The notes under the pieces: model-generated
Seen by the model: the letters and a program-made list of their open reading frames with translations, nothing else
Databases searched by the model: none
Told to the model about the DNA's origin: nothing
In this document: piece by piece, positions 33,801-39,699 of the stretch
Layout of the letters: every line of letters begins with the position of its first letter
Position numbering within the stretch: the stretch's first letter is position 1
Position numbers and translations under genes: made by a program
IMG/VR virus record: IMGVR_UViG_3300004369_000001
Span: 1 to 64,000 of that record
Strand: one strand, 5' to 3'
Source of the DNA: a virus
DNA: 64,000 bases

Positions 33801-36251
33801 GACAAGACGAGTGTTATATGGAATCTTAAACTCACCGACCAGAGTTTCCTCAGAAATTACCAATTCATAGATTTCATCATCGCCTTTGATGATGGAAATG
33901 GCGTTTTCCACAAGTGCCGAAGCATACTTAACGTCCTGGTCAACTTCATCGGCATATTGGACGATTTCGGCATCAATTAGGTCTCTGGGGTTACCAGACA
34001 CCACTTGGGTCCTTAGAATGGTGTCTACGACCCATGTAGCTGCCGATGGAGAGATGATTTGATCCTTCGGATATGTAATTTCAACTTCTTCGCCAAAAAG
34101 AATCTTAAAGAGGAATTTGGCACCAAGAGCAGTGCCCTTAGCAAGATAGAAGTCTCTAATATTCTTGATGACTTCGGTTGGATTAACTTTAGTCGGATCA
34201 AGTTGAATTGTGGGCAGATATTGCTTTCTAAACTTCTCAAATAGTTGATAGATGAAAATAGCATCCAGATTTCTAACTACAGACCCAATTGGATGGTTAG
34301 AAATGCGGGTGTCAGATTCCTTTGCAAAGATTTGGTTACCATAACTGTCATATGCGACAGTAGAAGATACACCACGGACAACGCCGTTGAAAGAAGAGGG
34401 CACATAATTTCTACCAGACTCTTCGATTACAAAACCAGTGACTTCATCAAAACCGACATCGACAGATGCCTTAGCAGCACTAGGTTCGGCAATATAGATC
34501 TTTGGCGGGAATTGGGCAGAATATCCCGTGCCAAAGTTGGTGATGTTAATGTCAGTTATCTCACCGTTAAAAATAGTAGCAACAGCAGTGGCTCCACGAC
34601 CACCGATTGGCTCGCCATAGGCATCCTTTCGATCATCGACAATATAGACTGAGGGAGCATCTTCATAACCCTTACCTCCAGTAAGAAGTTCAATATCGGT
34701 CACGGCACCAGAAGCAACCGTAACATCCAGCACTTGAGCACCAATAGGATCAATAATACGGCATCTGGGGGGTGTTGTATATCCACGACCACGGTTAATG
34801 ATGGTCACCGAAGCAAGACCACCATTAGAATCTAAAGAGCACTCTGCCTGGGCGTTAATACCACCATCAGGAGCAGGATCGATATAAACTGTAGGTGGAT
34901 TGGAATATAGTCTGCCAGGAGCAGTAACTTGAATGCTCTCAACATTAAGACGACCCTCAGAGTCGATTGTGGCATCGCTGATCAGTGCCCCACCAGGATT
35001 CTGGAATGCAATAACTGGAATGAAGTCATATCCAGATCCAGAGTTGGTAATCTTGATACTCGATACCTGACCAGTGGAATCGTCTATTGTGAGGGAGACC
35101 GATGCTTGTCTACCAAACTCATTATTTGGAGAAGTAACAACAGGAATAGGTGGGTTGTATGAACTATAACCCTGACCACCAGCAATCAGTGTGATATCTT
35201 TAATACCACCAACCAAACTGTGAGCACATGCATACTCACCAACAGTATCTGTCTGAATTGTTACTCTAGGGGCAAAATCCAGTCTGTAACCAGATCCACC
35301 TTCTTTTACAAGAATATCACTCAGTTGTCCATTGGTGATATTACAAACAGCGGCACCACCTGCACCAAAAGAAGCGGGCACAAACTCAACTGCTCTGACC
35401 TGCATGGTATCCGAAGATCCCAATGCATACTTCATCACAAGTGTGTCGTAATAAACGTTATATTGCTCAAACGGACGCTGCACAGTGCCCGTGCGGTTTA
35501 CAATCAAACCTACGTCGGAAATGGGAGTGTATGGTTGACCATTAACTCTCAGAGGGTAATACTTAGACTGATCCCACTGAGACAAAGGAATATTGTCCAT
35601 CGTGACAATAACCTTATCGGCAAAACCAACCAAATAGATGATGCTGGTGAAACCCTCGTCATCGCCACCAATCGGAGACCTAGGAGCGGTCTCAAAAATA
35701 ATTTCAGTGCCATCGATGGAATAGTCTGTCCCAGGGATAAGAGTCTTACCATAAACGGACACAATGAGGTGATCTGCCGAAGCAGCAGATACGGGGGTGC
35801 CAAGATAGGTGAGGGGGAATCTCCTCCTAACACCATCAAATTGGAAATATGGATTTTCTAGGAATTGCTTCTTCTTATCGAATTCGTAGGGTGCAATACC
35901 AGGAGTCAGAATTGCATCAGGACCACGAGTTGTATTTTCGTAATATAAGATCTCATTATCGATCATCAGGGTGCCATTGGTCTCCTGATAACCGTTGATG
36001 TCCTCAACGACCACTTCTGCGTCGGACAACCCAACAGATTGCAGCACAGTTGTGCTACTTGTCAAAGAGTCTGACGTGTAGGTATCAACGTCCAACCAAT
36101 ACAGCAAATCATTTAGGATGTTGTATGGTCTGCCAATTTTTTCCTGAGATTTATAATACTCTTGCAGGAAAGCGATAAGTTGTCTGTCTTCCGACTTGAT
36201 AAAGTCAGGAAATTGCTGCTCTACCCTGTCGGAAACTCTTAGATTAGACAT
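15876..36251 (-). CDS. gp7: Giant gp7-like baseplate wedge initiator (6791 aa), multidomain
   Basis: Directly follows gp6. N-terminal VEQQFPDFIKSE..FLQEYYKSQE and IKNIRDFYLAKGT..FLFKILFGEEV motifs. Contains GxGY repeats, a YHYH-like domain, beta-propeller-like repeats, LamG-like and CBM5/12-like segments, phycobiliprotein-like repeats and a C-terminal Ig domain. Confidence 0.8.
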   Translation of the reverse strand: MSNLRVSDRVEQQFPDFIKSEDRQLIAFLQEYYKSQEKIGRPYNILNDLLYWLDVDTYTSDSLTSSTTVLQSVGLSDAEVVVEDINGYQETNGTLMIDNEILYYENTTRGPDAILTPGIAPYEFDKKKQFLENPYFQFDGVRRRFPLTYLGTPVSAASADHLIVSVYGKTLIPGTDYSIDGTEIIFETAPRSPIGGDDEGFTSIIYLVGFADKVIVTMDNIPLSQWDQSKYYPLRVNGQPYTPISDVGLIVNRTGTVQRPFEQYNVYYDTLVMKYALGSSDTMQVRAVEFVPASFGAGGAAVCNITNGQLSDILVKEGGSGYRLDFAPRVTIQTDTVGEYACAHSLVGGIKDITLIAGGQGYSSYNPPIPVVTSPNNEFGRQASVSLTIDDSTGQVSSIKITNSGSGYDFIPVIAFQNPGGALISDATIDSEGRLNVESIQVTAPGRLYSNPPTVYIDPAPDGGINAQAECSLDSNGGLASVTIINRGRGYTTPPRCRIIDPIGAQVLDVTVASGAVTDIELLTGGKGYEDAPSVYIVDDRKDAYGEPIGGRGATAVATIFNGEITDINITNFGTGYSAQFPPKIYIAEPSAAKASVDVGFDEVTGFVIEESGRNYVPSSFNGVVRGVSSTVAYDSYGNQIFAKESDTRISNHPIGSVVRNLDAIFIYQLFEKFRKQYLPTIQLDPTKVNPTEVIKNIRDFYLAKGTALGAKFLFKILFGEEVEITYPKDQIISPSAATWVVDTILRTQVVSGNPRDLIDAEIVQYADEVDQDVKYASALVENAISIIKGDDEIYELVISEETLVGEFKIPYNTRLVEPLTTTDQIITVDSTIGWPERNGTFFIEENEEIQYKEKSLNQFIECTRSKNGVVEDWDPGSKISSNIFIYANFGQTNQVKMRVLGIAEAAGTILDDTGSYYLPGDKLNVAALGSDSPGEQRLESWLYNVKKLIQVANIEPGGLLQIATVTTEQPHGLLVEDTVTIYGANPVIYNGTFLVSSRIDDYTFSYRIDTPSTIVPVGNILLSVDLNRGKSTEESINKVVTEFTTNIQNSFFNNNYVYVAASGLPNYKIGPFTGSALIPGNQRKMIRIPRVVNTVSEREQIKPNSAIGAWVNGVSIWTYKSAEAILYGPLTGINVLNPGQNYDAGAPPVVLIEGGGGAGASASVTVNGSVESFEVTNGGSGYTSSPLISIVGGGGTGASGTAVVTNGVITRILVASAGSGFTSQPSITITGGGGAGATAIANIRGPIQSVTLLNPGSGYTSLPQVTVTSGEGALAQPIVLNGRIVSIATINSGRRYTTAPRVIINGDGFGAIAKASIATVGEDAGKVIGIEIINRGINYTQGNTTVRLEAVGEFATFEANVFAWNKNFEYELESKYDNARGYAFTGLNNQYGGEYAHLSDPKELRYVVGDNVFLNQETNRFQELETNYDHSPILGWAYDGNPIYGPYGYADPTDQNSGIRRLRTSYTLKDEIVFDALTNPNPQRIDGPLLAEYPAGSFVPDYEYIFQSGDLDQYNGRFCKTPDYPDGTYAYFVTIDSSDAGVPQFPYILGPAFNSLPDEWNLRQGATQENIPKDVVRYRVPFVEVDIDVERQPNQESDVLTTEIEGYPIIFETQDSNEDGIIDALEQQEVLEMTEEATLQIYDYFPKVSAQSKVDIDIETVTQFETAQIDGFVIENPGESYQVNDTIFFDNTGTGGFGASGIIDSIKGVAITSYTKEIIGDRPYGVITTSENHDLITGDEIIVNSEPIISNTNKTFKVKVVSGIESVTVDQEGTGYTQLIPPTYELISDTGKDAEFEINLDSAGVAGSFNIINSGNGFDINNPPQIRVSHPQSFTKTRYWLSEYINDGGTLQIHDSLMTSRREYYICGSLEETADDDMLGILAKFDANGDVLWVRTLLPNNAGDKRMEFVALYVDDTEENDAIYVAGQTYDPVSTAYNPDVWFGKYISERDAQNAPTGTLQWQKSIAGISGATRRDYVQDIYLDQNKSIYLVGHTDTQALDPNDIWVIQSNNDGDIREKRKIASPGGDETITQIKWIANDRFFFTGVNFDEDNLIYGEFFFDGANIEVDYVKQIPPIGGGYVRNPKFDIDEYGDVFIIWDVYNNASGKFEKIQFGRFTLSQVQETSPWKFIKTMTPQGDFQSINVTGLHVDVFGNIVITTALDYAEDRKVTTIHSLKFDGTLQQQSIIENTDQIGSRNKTSVVDNSGDIIVINERLVPEQFAVFRFDDENDEGYDTTKRNIGTYSTALPGNADIDTSIYRFGTGSLKLDAPNRAFYEGIDSSSLNWTVAGWFNMSTGQYAALNTTPIFFDVLEIDGTSGAQLRVNGINGDADEGKMELSINGAQVSVSTSTTNYTAFGSNAWVHIALVKENVAVGVWDFTVFVNGNPQLTYQSLIDVNMGDVGIGGDATQTSSLCFIGNIDDVVISSKAEFPDGASFVLPTTQFTVTSIESDIVAVKIDRSHASVRNVYTLTEATNHTNLTISEFTAATWTTVTSQPAIDQWDLGAGGLQLLDFSDAPSLYTTIQTYVWTNTKQTLGSKSSTIPVKNGKKMFVTPNVIPKFYIKDANYSKIDNIYEFTINQNAKFTKGALLQQVNDSGVVQAYGTIVDVPEGTFNDPGLGNTYRVGKIFGTFNDTDLLQSDNPQDINTLSGKFVGIEDENLWQTATAYATGDRVYYAQRIYEAQAGGTSGVNPPTHTTGATSDGSITWVFIRTAGEFVIDIQEEPYPRPQYLGQDMERWDSHVLYPVGYKVFWKRNIYQASVAGTSGTTAPVHLSGDASDGGVTWTWVSTESALSDYARFLGFDAGANYQVKIIETQPSSAYIPGDVIALSSANVTVDDQGLDKEKILTISGLPSVKKVEVTCTLKKDIKRTANALTDLIYATSVTPHNYVVNEVLFTEGFTADEFNGSFFVQEIFGSREFIFKIRGTATGEPEFSNGSIGNVRIYAKHPTLVFIRNHQYIFDVSDGSNFGYYLSFAQDNQYKLEYSFNNIIRVGTPGVAGVSISPYVKFSAIGNVTNISYYFDPSRVGVNSPVGANSFVDVIKTPFDGTFKISQVTSQTEFKFPLETEPETTQAEIQDDQFGNPYSFYSTTSVKAIGPINTIKLVSPGGFYQKLPVVADIASYRQIERIEIIDGGTEYQPGVYYQVPISGDGEGGLATITVTLDDETGSGAISATSVSDPGKGYTTASIDVDGIPGILGPTLAGSGAALNVVIPQEGSGASVFLTGRNIGKIKRLKNNEFGFGYSHDYTLRPEISFPVNLQLFNTSILTEIKITDPGSGYTSPPAVVISGGGGTGAEAVAIVRNNRLNEIQIKNPGAGYSSEPVVTLKSEFNYVVNLDLNYLQFNFPHGITTGAEVQLRADDVGNTVGILPKPSSVGLTQLVEGQIYYAIADGLDSDQLRFALTPESAGAGDFITFLTQGEGRQTLLTEVFGGRAEAVVATSRFLSGEKIYQGSSPELASATGYVSTNTGWQSGPKILKIVNYQGNFVVGEKVTGEVSKASGIIDNLSIAKGVLNIDSLTQTPGRFIDDVGKPSEIIQKIQDSFFYQNFSYVISSEIPITKWKKQMLDNNHPAGFKMFGQLQLTGGKDVSGRRVGTEFIKQVNINEYSNVNQITSFGAAEPVYTDYNNTEVLFRNRRLTSSEEILTSIVKKIDDISGDFDGVAKAFPITVEGEQVIVNDNQLMITLNGVIQSPEIAYTVVGGQIVFDEPPKAASQVRYRTIRVATVPVYRINLVNPQGIFPTIGQQVRGDFSAAYATVVDSGTFHLDVINITDGPFQISELIKRTTLFSAIVDSVVLLNTEGIYKFGESITNFEGDTAIVESTNIDEDGDLTDTLLVSKTSGTAKYETGIFDLKLNEYIYSATSKIVSQIIFISPYLDPNNGQPVDTLIINAGSTFFGLIYERLVAIQNPNIILDDISQSSITPVEIYNPETRINEDFLDFEQIRSTEIEYENLQGGVFAKGDELRNRSLFYSNVRTNATPRAFDAARLIRLNKDEIVDRAERWIAVIHPDFYYPGDVQTNPLSRYKDATRIIFKNLDKIVLNAYDDMKTQYPGTLAGDKDGYLADIRLWTECMALDLHSGGNQYALKWINEYFSNNAISYDRVTAELIYMLGKAKEYVDASITNNYGGLWTAVNSADQAIGYVDESLTADQSPGDPYGTPGSNTSNNDPESCSDVRAAVTTIWTWQDESLTAGNLNDAPEASNPSFTINQDKCRRDIGYFVDAIANDVGSNGEFNSQFFAENYFDETGEYLLNGLYGEVPESITALNKARDMMYYAMNNLMFVKDLEVLYDPTTYGGAAPGYTYDTNYANGNNQSLTNCLDIQQTVRELANIVTTSLSAENTHNLTGAISYTSEGLGGPKIVGLYADPVAAYGGAHNGEYIDAADLLLRNKEMIAAEALFVYKAANPGFTVSPGNDSDCIDDIKDVIEAIAYDMKYGGNSRVYDSGTYSIAYDNSTAIAQQVTDIYAEVSTIAQDVIRNSATSHAVSNLTGNTFTVAAPIVTLQPGDSFTYVGSGKVSTATTTHNVMSATYDEVNGTITLTVDGTVGFGNGSQVILQHLHFTHDEGDYFYPRVSITGVHGKKQFFNTTITPDQSLTPCNTQTSLFQSLLSVYTLSYANGNMSHATRTAPTEYIITDGGYQTGEVIRVTKFAYKNADGGNNLFFADEVLKGMTSGASAIIKGANSGLKWIYTGNVTGTFQIGEYITNSTLEVNSVNLSNIVYDSTILNNTSSYEFVVGGSSYIREATRTYDFGFENGSFTFEGRFRFDNFNGTQTLFDNSLDAVDTLGCDLTVGNSGNNITLSQNGVTVVQTTTAAMATDTWYHIAVAKDVTTSTIRIFLNGAEVASAVDNNNYGISQEMHIGADAAGANNFEGYLDNICVRKGYADFTAAFTVATSVDFTRLGVVLGLNAQQPIIVGTGDVYATLEDTNLSSATLGAIDYEAKRITIEEVDLGNQLAKDAADIINLNRAWIAEEAVGIMQAHYPDFIIPGDYQGGLDGTNICIRDTKDYIIPAIVSDLRDGGNYNVIVNSRFYRNKGGDLKFIGNELLQTLYAWREVVKLCQYVISTSDTDLTGTYTTKLRVPHSLSGTSAVESRLDTLGDTIADELAPTGHRFRNAGDLIWKNRDYIAEETVGHIENLYTISLGGNNVQTLIIPDRSACIRDLKEHILPAIIGDLATGGNYQTQAAIDFYLNSDNEILFITNELQPMLDAFEFAKTLCEKAVNNLLLSPGETAAGQGAAAIYQDEYYTAVYTNRSAYRDSDVTLDPKQYDQARSQSNSYVDAANMIERNKHIIAKEAVGMMNDLSKFADFQVPGGQQNCIDDVVGILDALVHDIRFGGNAEIYEAGKLYIREDGFLSHIEGEEEATKTVFKFARDMAILTIRNGFGRFNIDGHNDSSYTFESYERNGASDNRIAAARSIEENVRFIAEEAVLRGVAQYPSLTIPGGNINCVHDVADLIYWMSWNLQNGGDNMMVTSAEFYISQGNLQHITSQSTESIWIFNTARDIAKQIYQGGNPTVSPGNTYSVKAIDTAISDTDVDTEVNALIQVVTDTIADPSGGNLVTYPKSAATYTGSLPNIWPCKYSGDLPIRDLDVTWDFSVGSTGTADWNQACATQAGAITTLMDILIQGVNEGIAGNGLNYYGSTVTKVDGTYIAPTEYNMGSCYDVRQAINTLFDLYMTAFASGTNSNKVDARLIHFNREAIKKRAYDQTVTFYPAYAGDADFADQVIDAVIYDIITKGNNAAFDKLSTWFDGDGNFIVYTNVTRTHLIYHLTRIREYVKSIIYSPTSAGWQPYITTPGIYIPPNRPEWDQESTEYDMDSSINPFEYALERSQFPTETKTTFVPSTDVVNLSTTYDEGYDWNTDPQLVVLTPTVPVGYDRAEYRVRINRANFFRRGDVVQYIPTSGNLLSGINQTYYYVLNADSTFFEIGEYSTHDARYQPFALDTSDTNQHLFQVVVRSGIVRETTTYGNPDNTTPIQGGILNADVLYGTTSDVHAEISAQSFNTAVIKETFMYIRLSLTDTQASTFENGERIHLSGDNLSIGQILQVNYYDNNSYAIVKVIDKTGGAWVNGNVLVGEDSLTEGTIEVMTDRMLINVDLGDYANGDKIFKKADNTEADIVFYNNKTGSIISNEGGRVVMDVETIQSGWESNDIIYGSLTDYILDVQGIYQPNGVIEVNDIIHGVAVYELNIASTFTEAGIATTFRPGDEVNLLQGTVIKNPGFTAIVTKYQPYDGTTNPVTPHKLWIANIQPVGSGAPVSDLNISGNNIGKFEVGTAFPTIYATVSSVTETAYQSYGKVAAVEQNGITARIWVEQAVGAFTNNMSLRSDDGWAAGVTTASTLTGRVDRYFRGFDGQQADFSLSIENGQAYFPDPAGHMLIFVNGILQPPGAAYTAFSDQIQFTEPPEIGSEFIGYYIGKLRQLDDISFEFDSLKSSFNLKLDGIFYSLTLTEGVSSATILPENNILISLNGIIQEPGISYEIVGSRIIFSEVPRAGSTFVGFSYIGSDADVISATVVPPIESGDQLEIEGEEFAREVALIESSNSLITFEYTGSVKGRNAEALSEITLGQVVTASITNPGDGYTSKPNVEIISSTGFDARVTPMMGVSRVEVKSSGVGYGLPVVQIETTVDDDFVTPVGEPVNNGQDIYAGEATDPSGNPIIVDEGLIAILSNPVNVTVNQGQTASFTVVGEFRRASDGAINTTTLNYQWQKKEYGQTSWSNIVGANSAIFNTGITTQQDDGDEYRVAITAAGATPVYSYSAILSVQIGTTIITNFSPAQIFDDA
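18850..24320 (-). repeat. Array of phycobiliprotein-like (globin-fold) helical repeats within the gp7-like protein
   Basis: Recurring unit R..DAA.LI..N...IA.EA......YP....PG(G)....C.(R/D/H)D....I.A...DL..GGN. Cys codons at 23604-6, 22986-8, 21237-9, 20763-5, 20283-5 and 19890-2. A LamG-like insert interrupts the array at ~21500-22250. Confidence 0.7.
27880..28270 (-). repeat. Two tandem CBM5/12-like (chitin-binding type) modules in the gp7-like protein
   Basis: WQTATAYATGDRVYYAQRIYEAQAGGTSG..PPTH..G..SDG.ITW and WDSHVLYPVGYKVFWKRNIYQASVAGTSG..APVH..G..SDG.VTW. Confidence 0.65.
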
Positions 36252-36255
36252 ATTC

Positions 36256-38337
36256 TCAGAAGCACTCGTCTAACTCGGGATACTGGAAAGTATCGGTGGG
36301 ATAATCAATGATATTTATTAGTGATGTGCCACCGCCAAAATTGAATCCATTGAAGTTATTTGGATCGAAAGATGGGATGGTAATATCGCTCACAGTGAAG
36401 TCAATTGGATTGACTTGTGGATTTAGAATGGTTGGATCTGTGCCAGGAGGCACGTTTAGGGATCCACCAGCAGGGTAAACCACAACTGGCACTCTTTGAG
36501 TGTCATCTGGAGTCAAAGCAATATTCAGAGGACCAACACAAACGATACCGTTTGTATAATCCACTGTGCCTACATTATTATTCAAAATTACTTCTTGCTC
36601 GTCTCTGACGGTGACAAGGATCATCCTTCCTCTGCCATCATCACGCAAGTTAACTGGGACGAGTGTTTGTGTTTGCTCCAGGCTGCTAAATGCAGGTGTC
36701 TGGATAAGTCCAGTGGTTACACCTGCCGCTACGAGGTCTTCAGTGTATCCAGTGGCATAGAATGTGCCAGATTTCACAACCGAGAAGGAAGGTAAGCAAC
36801 TTCCGCCATTTCCACCACCATCAGGTCCACCAGCGTAATCATCTGGGTTATAAAGAGCATTACCGAAGTCTAGGCACTGGTTAAATACCTGACCAAAATT
36901 GAAGTCGGTCAAGTTTTGACCCAGAGCAACTTGGGTTGTGTTGCCAGAGATGGACGGGTCGGAATTGTCGATCACAGCACCAAGTTTGGATGCCTCAATT
37001 CTTCCACCGTAACGGTTGGATGTGTTTTGTCTATTGTAGTTGTCAATATTCTTTAAGATCTTAGTTGCAAGATCATTTGAATTCAGATTCGTGTTATTGC
37101 CGTTGTAGTAAACATAGGTCTTAGGCAAGACGTAGAATACCTTCGGATCGATAACTTCAACACCAATGGAAGCAACGGCATATGCCTTGAGTTGATTCTT
37201 CAGTTTTGTTTTGGTTGTTTCATTAAGTGCAGATCCAGTTTGGGGTCTGACAGCAATATAGACCTTGCCGTAGATTGGTGGGTTTAGTCTTTCTCCACCA
37301 TAAGCAACAACACTCTTCGCCTGGGGATAGAGTTGTCTTACAATATTTTCATAATCCAACTCTGTAACAGCTCTGTTTTGAGTTGTATACAGTCTGGGAG
37401 CATTGTATTTGATCGACAGGGGAGTTTCTCTAGGCGTGCCGTCCCCAGCAGTCCTGACCGTGATGGTTTCGATCTGGGAAGATGCAATGACTCTACCTTG
37501 AGAATCGGTTGCTGTGCCAATGAATGTAAAGTCTCTGGAACCGTTTGCTTCTTCTCCTGCGGTCCTCACATAGTCAATTTTTACAAATTCGCCGTCGATC
37601 AATCTACGACCCAACACGCCATCACCAAAGACAAGGCGATACCTAAGGTCATCTACCTCTTCTAGGAAGTAAATACGGGAGTTTGAGTCCAAAGCAACTG
37701 CGTTGGTTGCTCTATTGTAGATGTCGATCTCACTTGATTGAATGGAAGGAGAGACATAAACAATCATTCTCTCGGTGTCAACATCTTCACTAGGAATAAC
37801 ATAATTTTGTGTCTTTGTGTTATTGACTGTGAATGAGTATGTTAAGAGATTGCCTTGATAAACTGGAATGCACTTAAACGAAGCAATACCAGTCTGTTGA
37901 TCAACAGAAGCAGTTTGTTGTGTGAGCAGGGTGAAAATATAGTTTTCGTTGACCGTCTCTGCAACGAAAGAATCGCCCTTTCTAATATTTACAAAGTCTG
38001 GAAAGGTCAGTCCATCGGATCCAATGTTTGTCTGGATATTGACAGTGACCTCTGCCATTGCGGCTTTGATGGAACGAGGTGTATAGTTAAGTTGCTTCGC
38101 AATTTTAACGATATTGTCTCTTACAGTAGCAGTCTCAAGGAATGCTTCATTCAAAGCCATGTTGGCATTGAATGCTGTATAGTAGGTATTATATGCTAGG
38201 ATATCGAGCAGATATGAAGCAGCAGATCCCTCAAAATCGTAGTCGGTAAATTCACTACGAGTTCTTAGGTAGGATCTAATAGACTCTTTAATTTCAAAAA
38301 AGTCTAAAGACGTTACTTCTGAGGGAATCGCTGACAT
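36256..38337 (-). CDS. gp6: Baseplate wedge subunit gp6
   Basis: LDFFEIKESIRSYL...FTDYDFEGS...LLDILAYNTYY..FNANM..NE.FL.TA, QNRAVT..DY and GKVYIA motifs; follows gp25. Confidence 0.93.
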   Translation of the reverse strand: MSAIPSEVTSLDFFEIKESIRSYLRTRSEFTDYDFEGSAASYLLDILAYNTYYTAFNANMALNEAFLETATVRDNIVKIAKQLNYTPRSIKAAMAEVTVNIQTNIGSDGLTFPDFVNIRKGDSFVAETVNENYIFTLLTQQTASVDQQTGIASFKCIPVYQGNLLTYSFTVNNTKTQNYVIPSEDVDTERMIVYVSPSIQSSEIDIYNRATNAVALDSNSRIYFLEEVDDLRYRLVFGDGVLGRRLIDGEFVKIDYVRTAGEEANGSRDFTFIGTATDSQGRVIASSQIETITVRTAGDGTPRETPLSIKYNAPRLYTTQNRAVTELDYENIVRQLYPQAKSVVAYGGERLNPPIYGKVYIAVRPQTGSALNETTKTKLKNQLKAYAVASIGVEVIDPKVFYVLPKTYVYYNGNNTNLNSNDLATKILKNIDNYNRQNTSNRYGGRIEASKLGAVIDNSDPSISGNTTQVALGQNLTDFNFGQVFNQCLDFGNALYNPDDYAGGPDGGGNGGSCLPSFSVVKSGTFYATGYTEDLVAAGVTTGLIQTPAFSSLEQTQTLVPVNLRDDGRGRMILVTVRDEQEVILNNNVGTVDYTNGIVCVGPLNIALTPDDTQRVPVVVYPAGGSLNVPPGTDPTILNPQVNPIDFTVSDITIPSFDPNNFNGFNFGGGTSLINIIDYPTDTFQYPELDECF

Positions 38338-38756
38338 TAGGCTTTCTCCAGCACGAAATCTACTTCCTTAACAATTTGCTCTCCTATAATTGAGTATCTC
38401 ACTGTGACCTCAATCTCATTTGTGTCATAACCATCTCGGACATCGACCCCCTTTACGGAGATTCTAGGTTCGAGTTTATTGAGCGTAGAGTAGATCTCGT
38501 CTTTGATCGCTTCCCCAGTAAAAACATCATATGGATCAAAAAGAAGAGCAGTTACTCTAGACCCAACATTATTTTGAAACGGTCGCTCTCCAACTGCAGT
38601 TTTAACCAGATTCATTACAGATTGCTTGATAGCATTATCATTCTTAACTGCACCAAAATCACGACTATTGGGATTGGCGTTAAACGTCATGTTAAAATCC
38701 CGATAGCCGCGACTTATGTTTTTATCTGACTTAAACTTGTAGGGCATTAGTGCCAA
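38337..38756 (-). CDS. gp25: Baseplate wedge subunit gp25
   Basis: AIKQSVMNLV.T..GERPFQ..VGS...EPRI motif of the GPW/gp25 family. Confidence 0.93.
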   Translation of the reverse strand: MALMPYKFKSDKNISRGYRDFNMTFNANPNSRDFGAVKNDNAIKQSVMNLVKTAVGERPFQNNVGSRVTALLFDPYDVFTGEAIKDEIYSTLNKLEPRISVKGVDVRDGYDTNEIEVTVRYSIIGEQIVKEVDFVLEKA

Positions 38757-38938
38757 CGCTCAACGAAATCGTCAAACCCGTTTTTACCACCACACCATCT
38801 CGAATTACGATCACCAGGCGGATCGTTTGGGTGCTTACGCACTTTACCAAGGTATTTATCACTTCTGGGATCGGTGATTAAAACCATTCCTGACGAGATG
38901 AATTCCTTACCTTGATCTGGAATTGGGTGATTAGCCAT
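38747..38938 (-). CDS. Small conserved hypothetical protein upstream of gp25
   Basis: MANHPIPDQG..FI.SGMVLITDPRSDKYL; the likely start is the second Met (38938), downstream of a perfect late promoter. Confidence 0.65.
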   Translation of the reverse strand: MANHPIPDQGKEFISSGMVLITDPRSDKYLGKVRKHPNDPPGDRNSRWCGGKNGFDDFVERWH

Positions 38939-38993
38939 CTGTCTCTCCATAAAGGGTCAACAGAACTTTTATAGTGGTTGCTATCACTACGAT

Positions 38994-39521
38994 TTATTTA
39001 TAGTCCCACCGCCAATGGTTGTTTGGTTTCTCCCACCAAAAATGTAAATCTGTCATATAGTCATCATAATACAAAGACACAAAGTCGCTTTTGAATTTGC
39101 TACTCATGTTTTCACACAAAGCGACTGTGTAGATATTATGCTCCTGGACAAACTGCTTCATCGAGTCAGTAATCCACTTGTAATTGCTTCCACGGATTAC
39201 TCCTGCTTCAATAAGCACAAACTGATCCCAGTCCAATACCCACTCTGCAAAATTGATTTCAAACTGGACTCTATATGGACCTGCTTGCTCATCTGGGAAG
39301 GGGACATTAACTGCTTCAATATGATAAATCTCCCCATCCACACTCAGGGCATGTGACAGGTGTTGAGTCACAATTCCTGAATAGTCTGGGGAGACGCACA
39401 AAAAGCAGGTCCTACTCGGATGAATATCTGGTTTAGAGACTTGTATTTTATATACTAGCTCTTCAATGAGTGCTAACTCTTGGTCTCTACTGATATAGAG
39501 TAGGTCTCTGCCGTTTGTCAT
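38994..39521 (-). CDS. Type I phosphoribosyltransferase-like protein with degenerate PRPP motif
   Basis: Layout and C-terminal LHFWWE resemble Gpt/HPRT (WIxFPWE), but the PRPP loop reads FVLIEAGVIRGSNY instead of VLxVDDxxxTGxT. Confidence 0.55.
   Translation of the reverse strand: MTNGRDLLYISRDQELALIEELVYKIQVSKPDIHPSRTCFLCVSPDYSGIVTQHLSHALSVDGEIYHIEAVNVPFPDEQAGPYRVQFEINFAEWVLDWDQFVLIEAGVIRGSNYKWITDSMKQFVQEHNIYTVALCENMSSKFKSDFVSLYYDDYMTDLHFWWEKPNNHWRWDYK
38995..39002 (-). promoter_or_regulatory. T4 late promoter (TATAAATA)
   Basis: Exact T4 gp55 consensus upstream of the gp25-gp6-gp7 operon. Confidence 0.8.
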
Positions 39522-39522
39522 G

Positions 39523-39699
39523 TCAAAAAAGGTTGAGTTGGTCTTCTAGATTTTTCCACGTTGGTGGATGGAAGTTGCAATATTCATTGAATGTAATTTT
39601 CATTTCTTTGTGGCTCAAACCACAATGGGATGCTGCTTTGGGCAAATTCCATTTTGCTTCAAAGAGCATCTCCATCGACTTACGGGTTTCTGGTCTCAT
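39523..39699 (-). CDS. 58-aa Fis-type HTH-like protein ending in QLNLF
   Basis: Manual translation: MRPETRKSMEMLFEAKWNLPKAASHCGLSHKEMKITFNEYCNFHPPTWKNLEDQLNLF; TAAATG coupling to the upstream gene. Confidence 0.7.
   Translation of the reverse strand: MRPETRKSMEMLFEAKWNLPKAASHCGLSHKEMKITFNEYCNFHPPTWKNLEDQLNLF

Noticed and set aside
15876-36251. Intein, intron or misassembly explaining the 20-kb ORF
   Set aside because: No intein splice or LAGLIDADG/HNH motifs were seen, the frame is continuous, and the internal repeats are highly diverged rather than identical.
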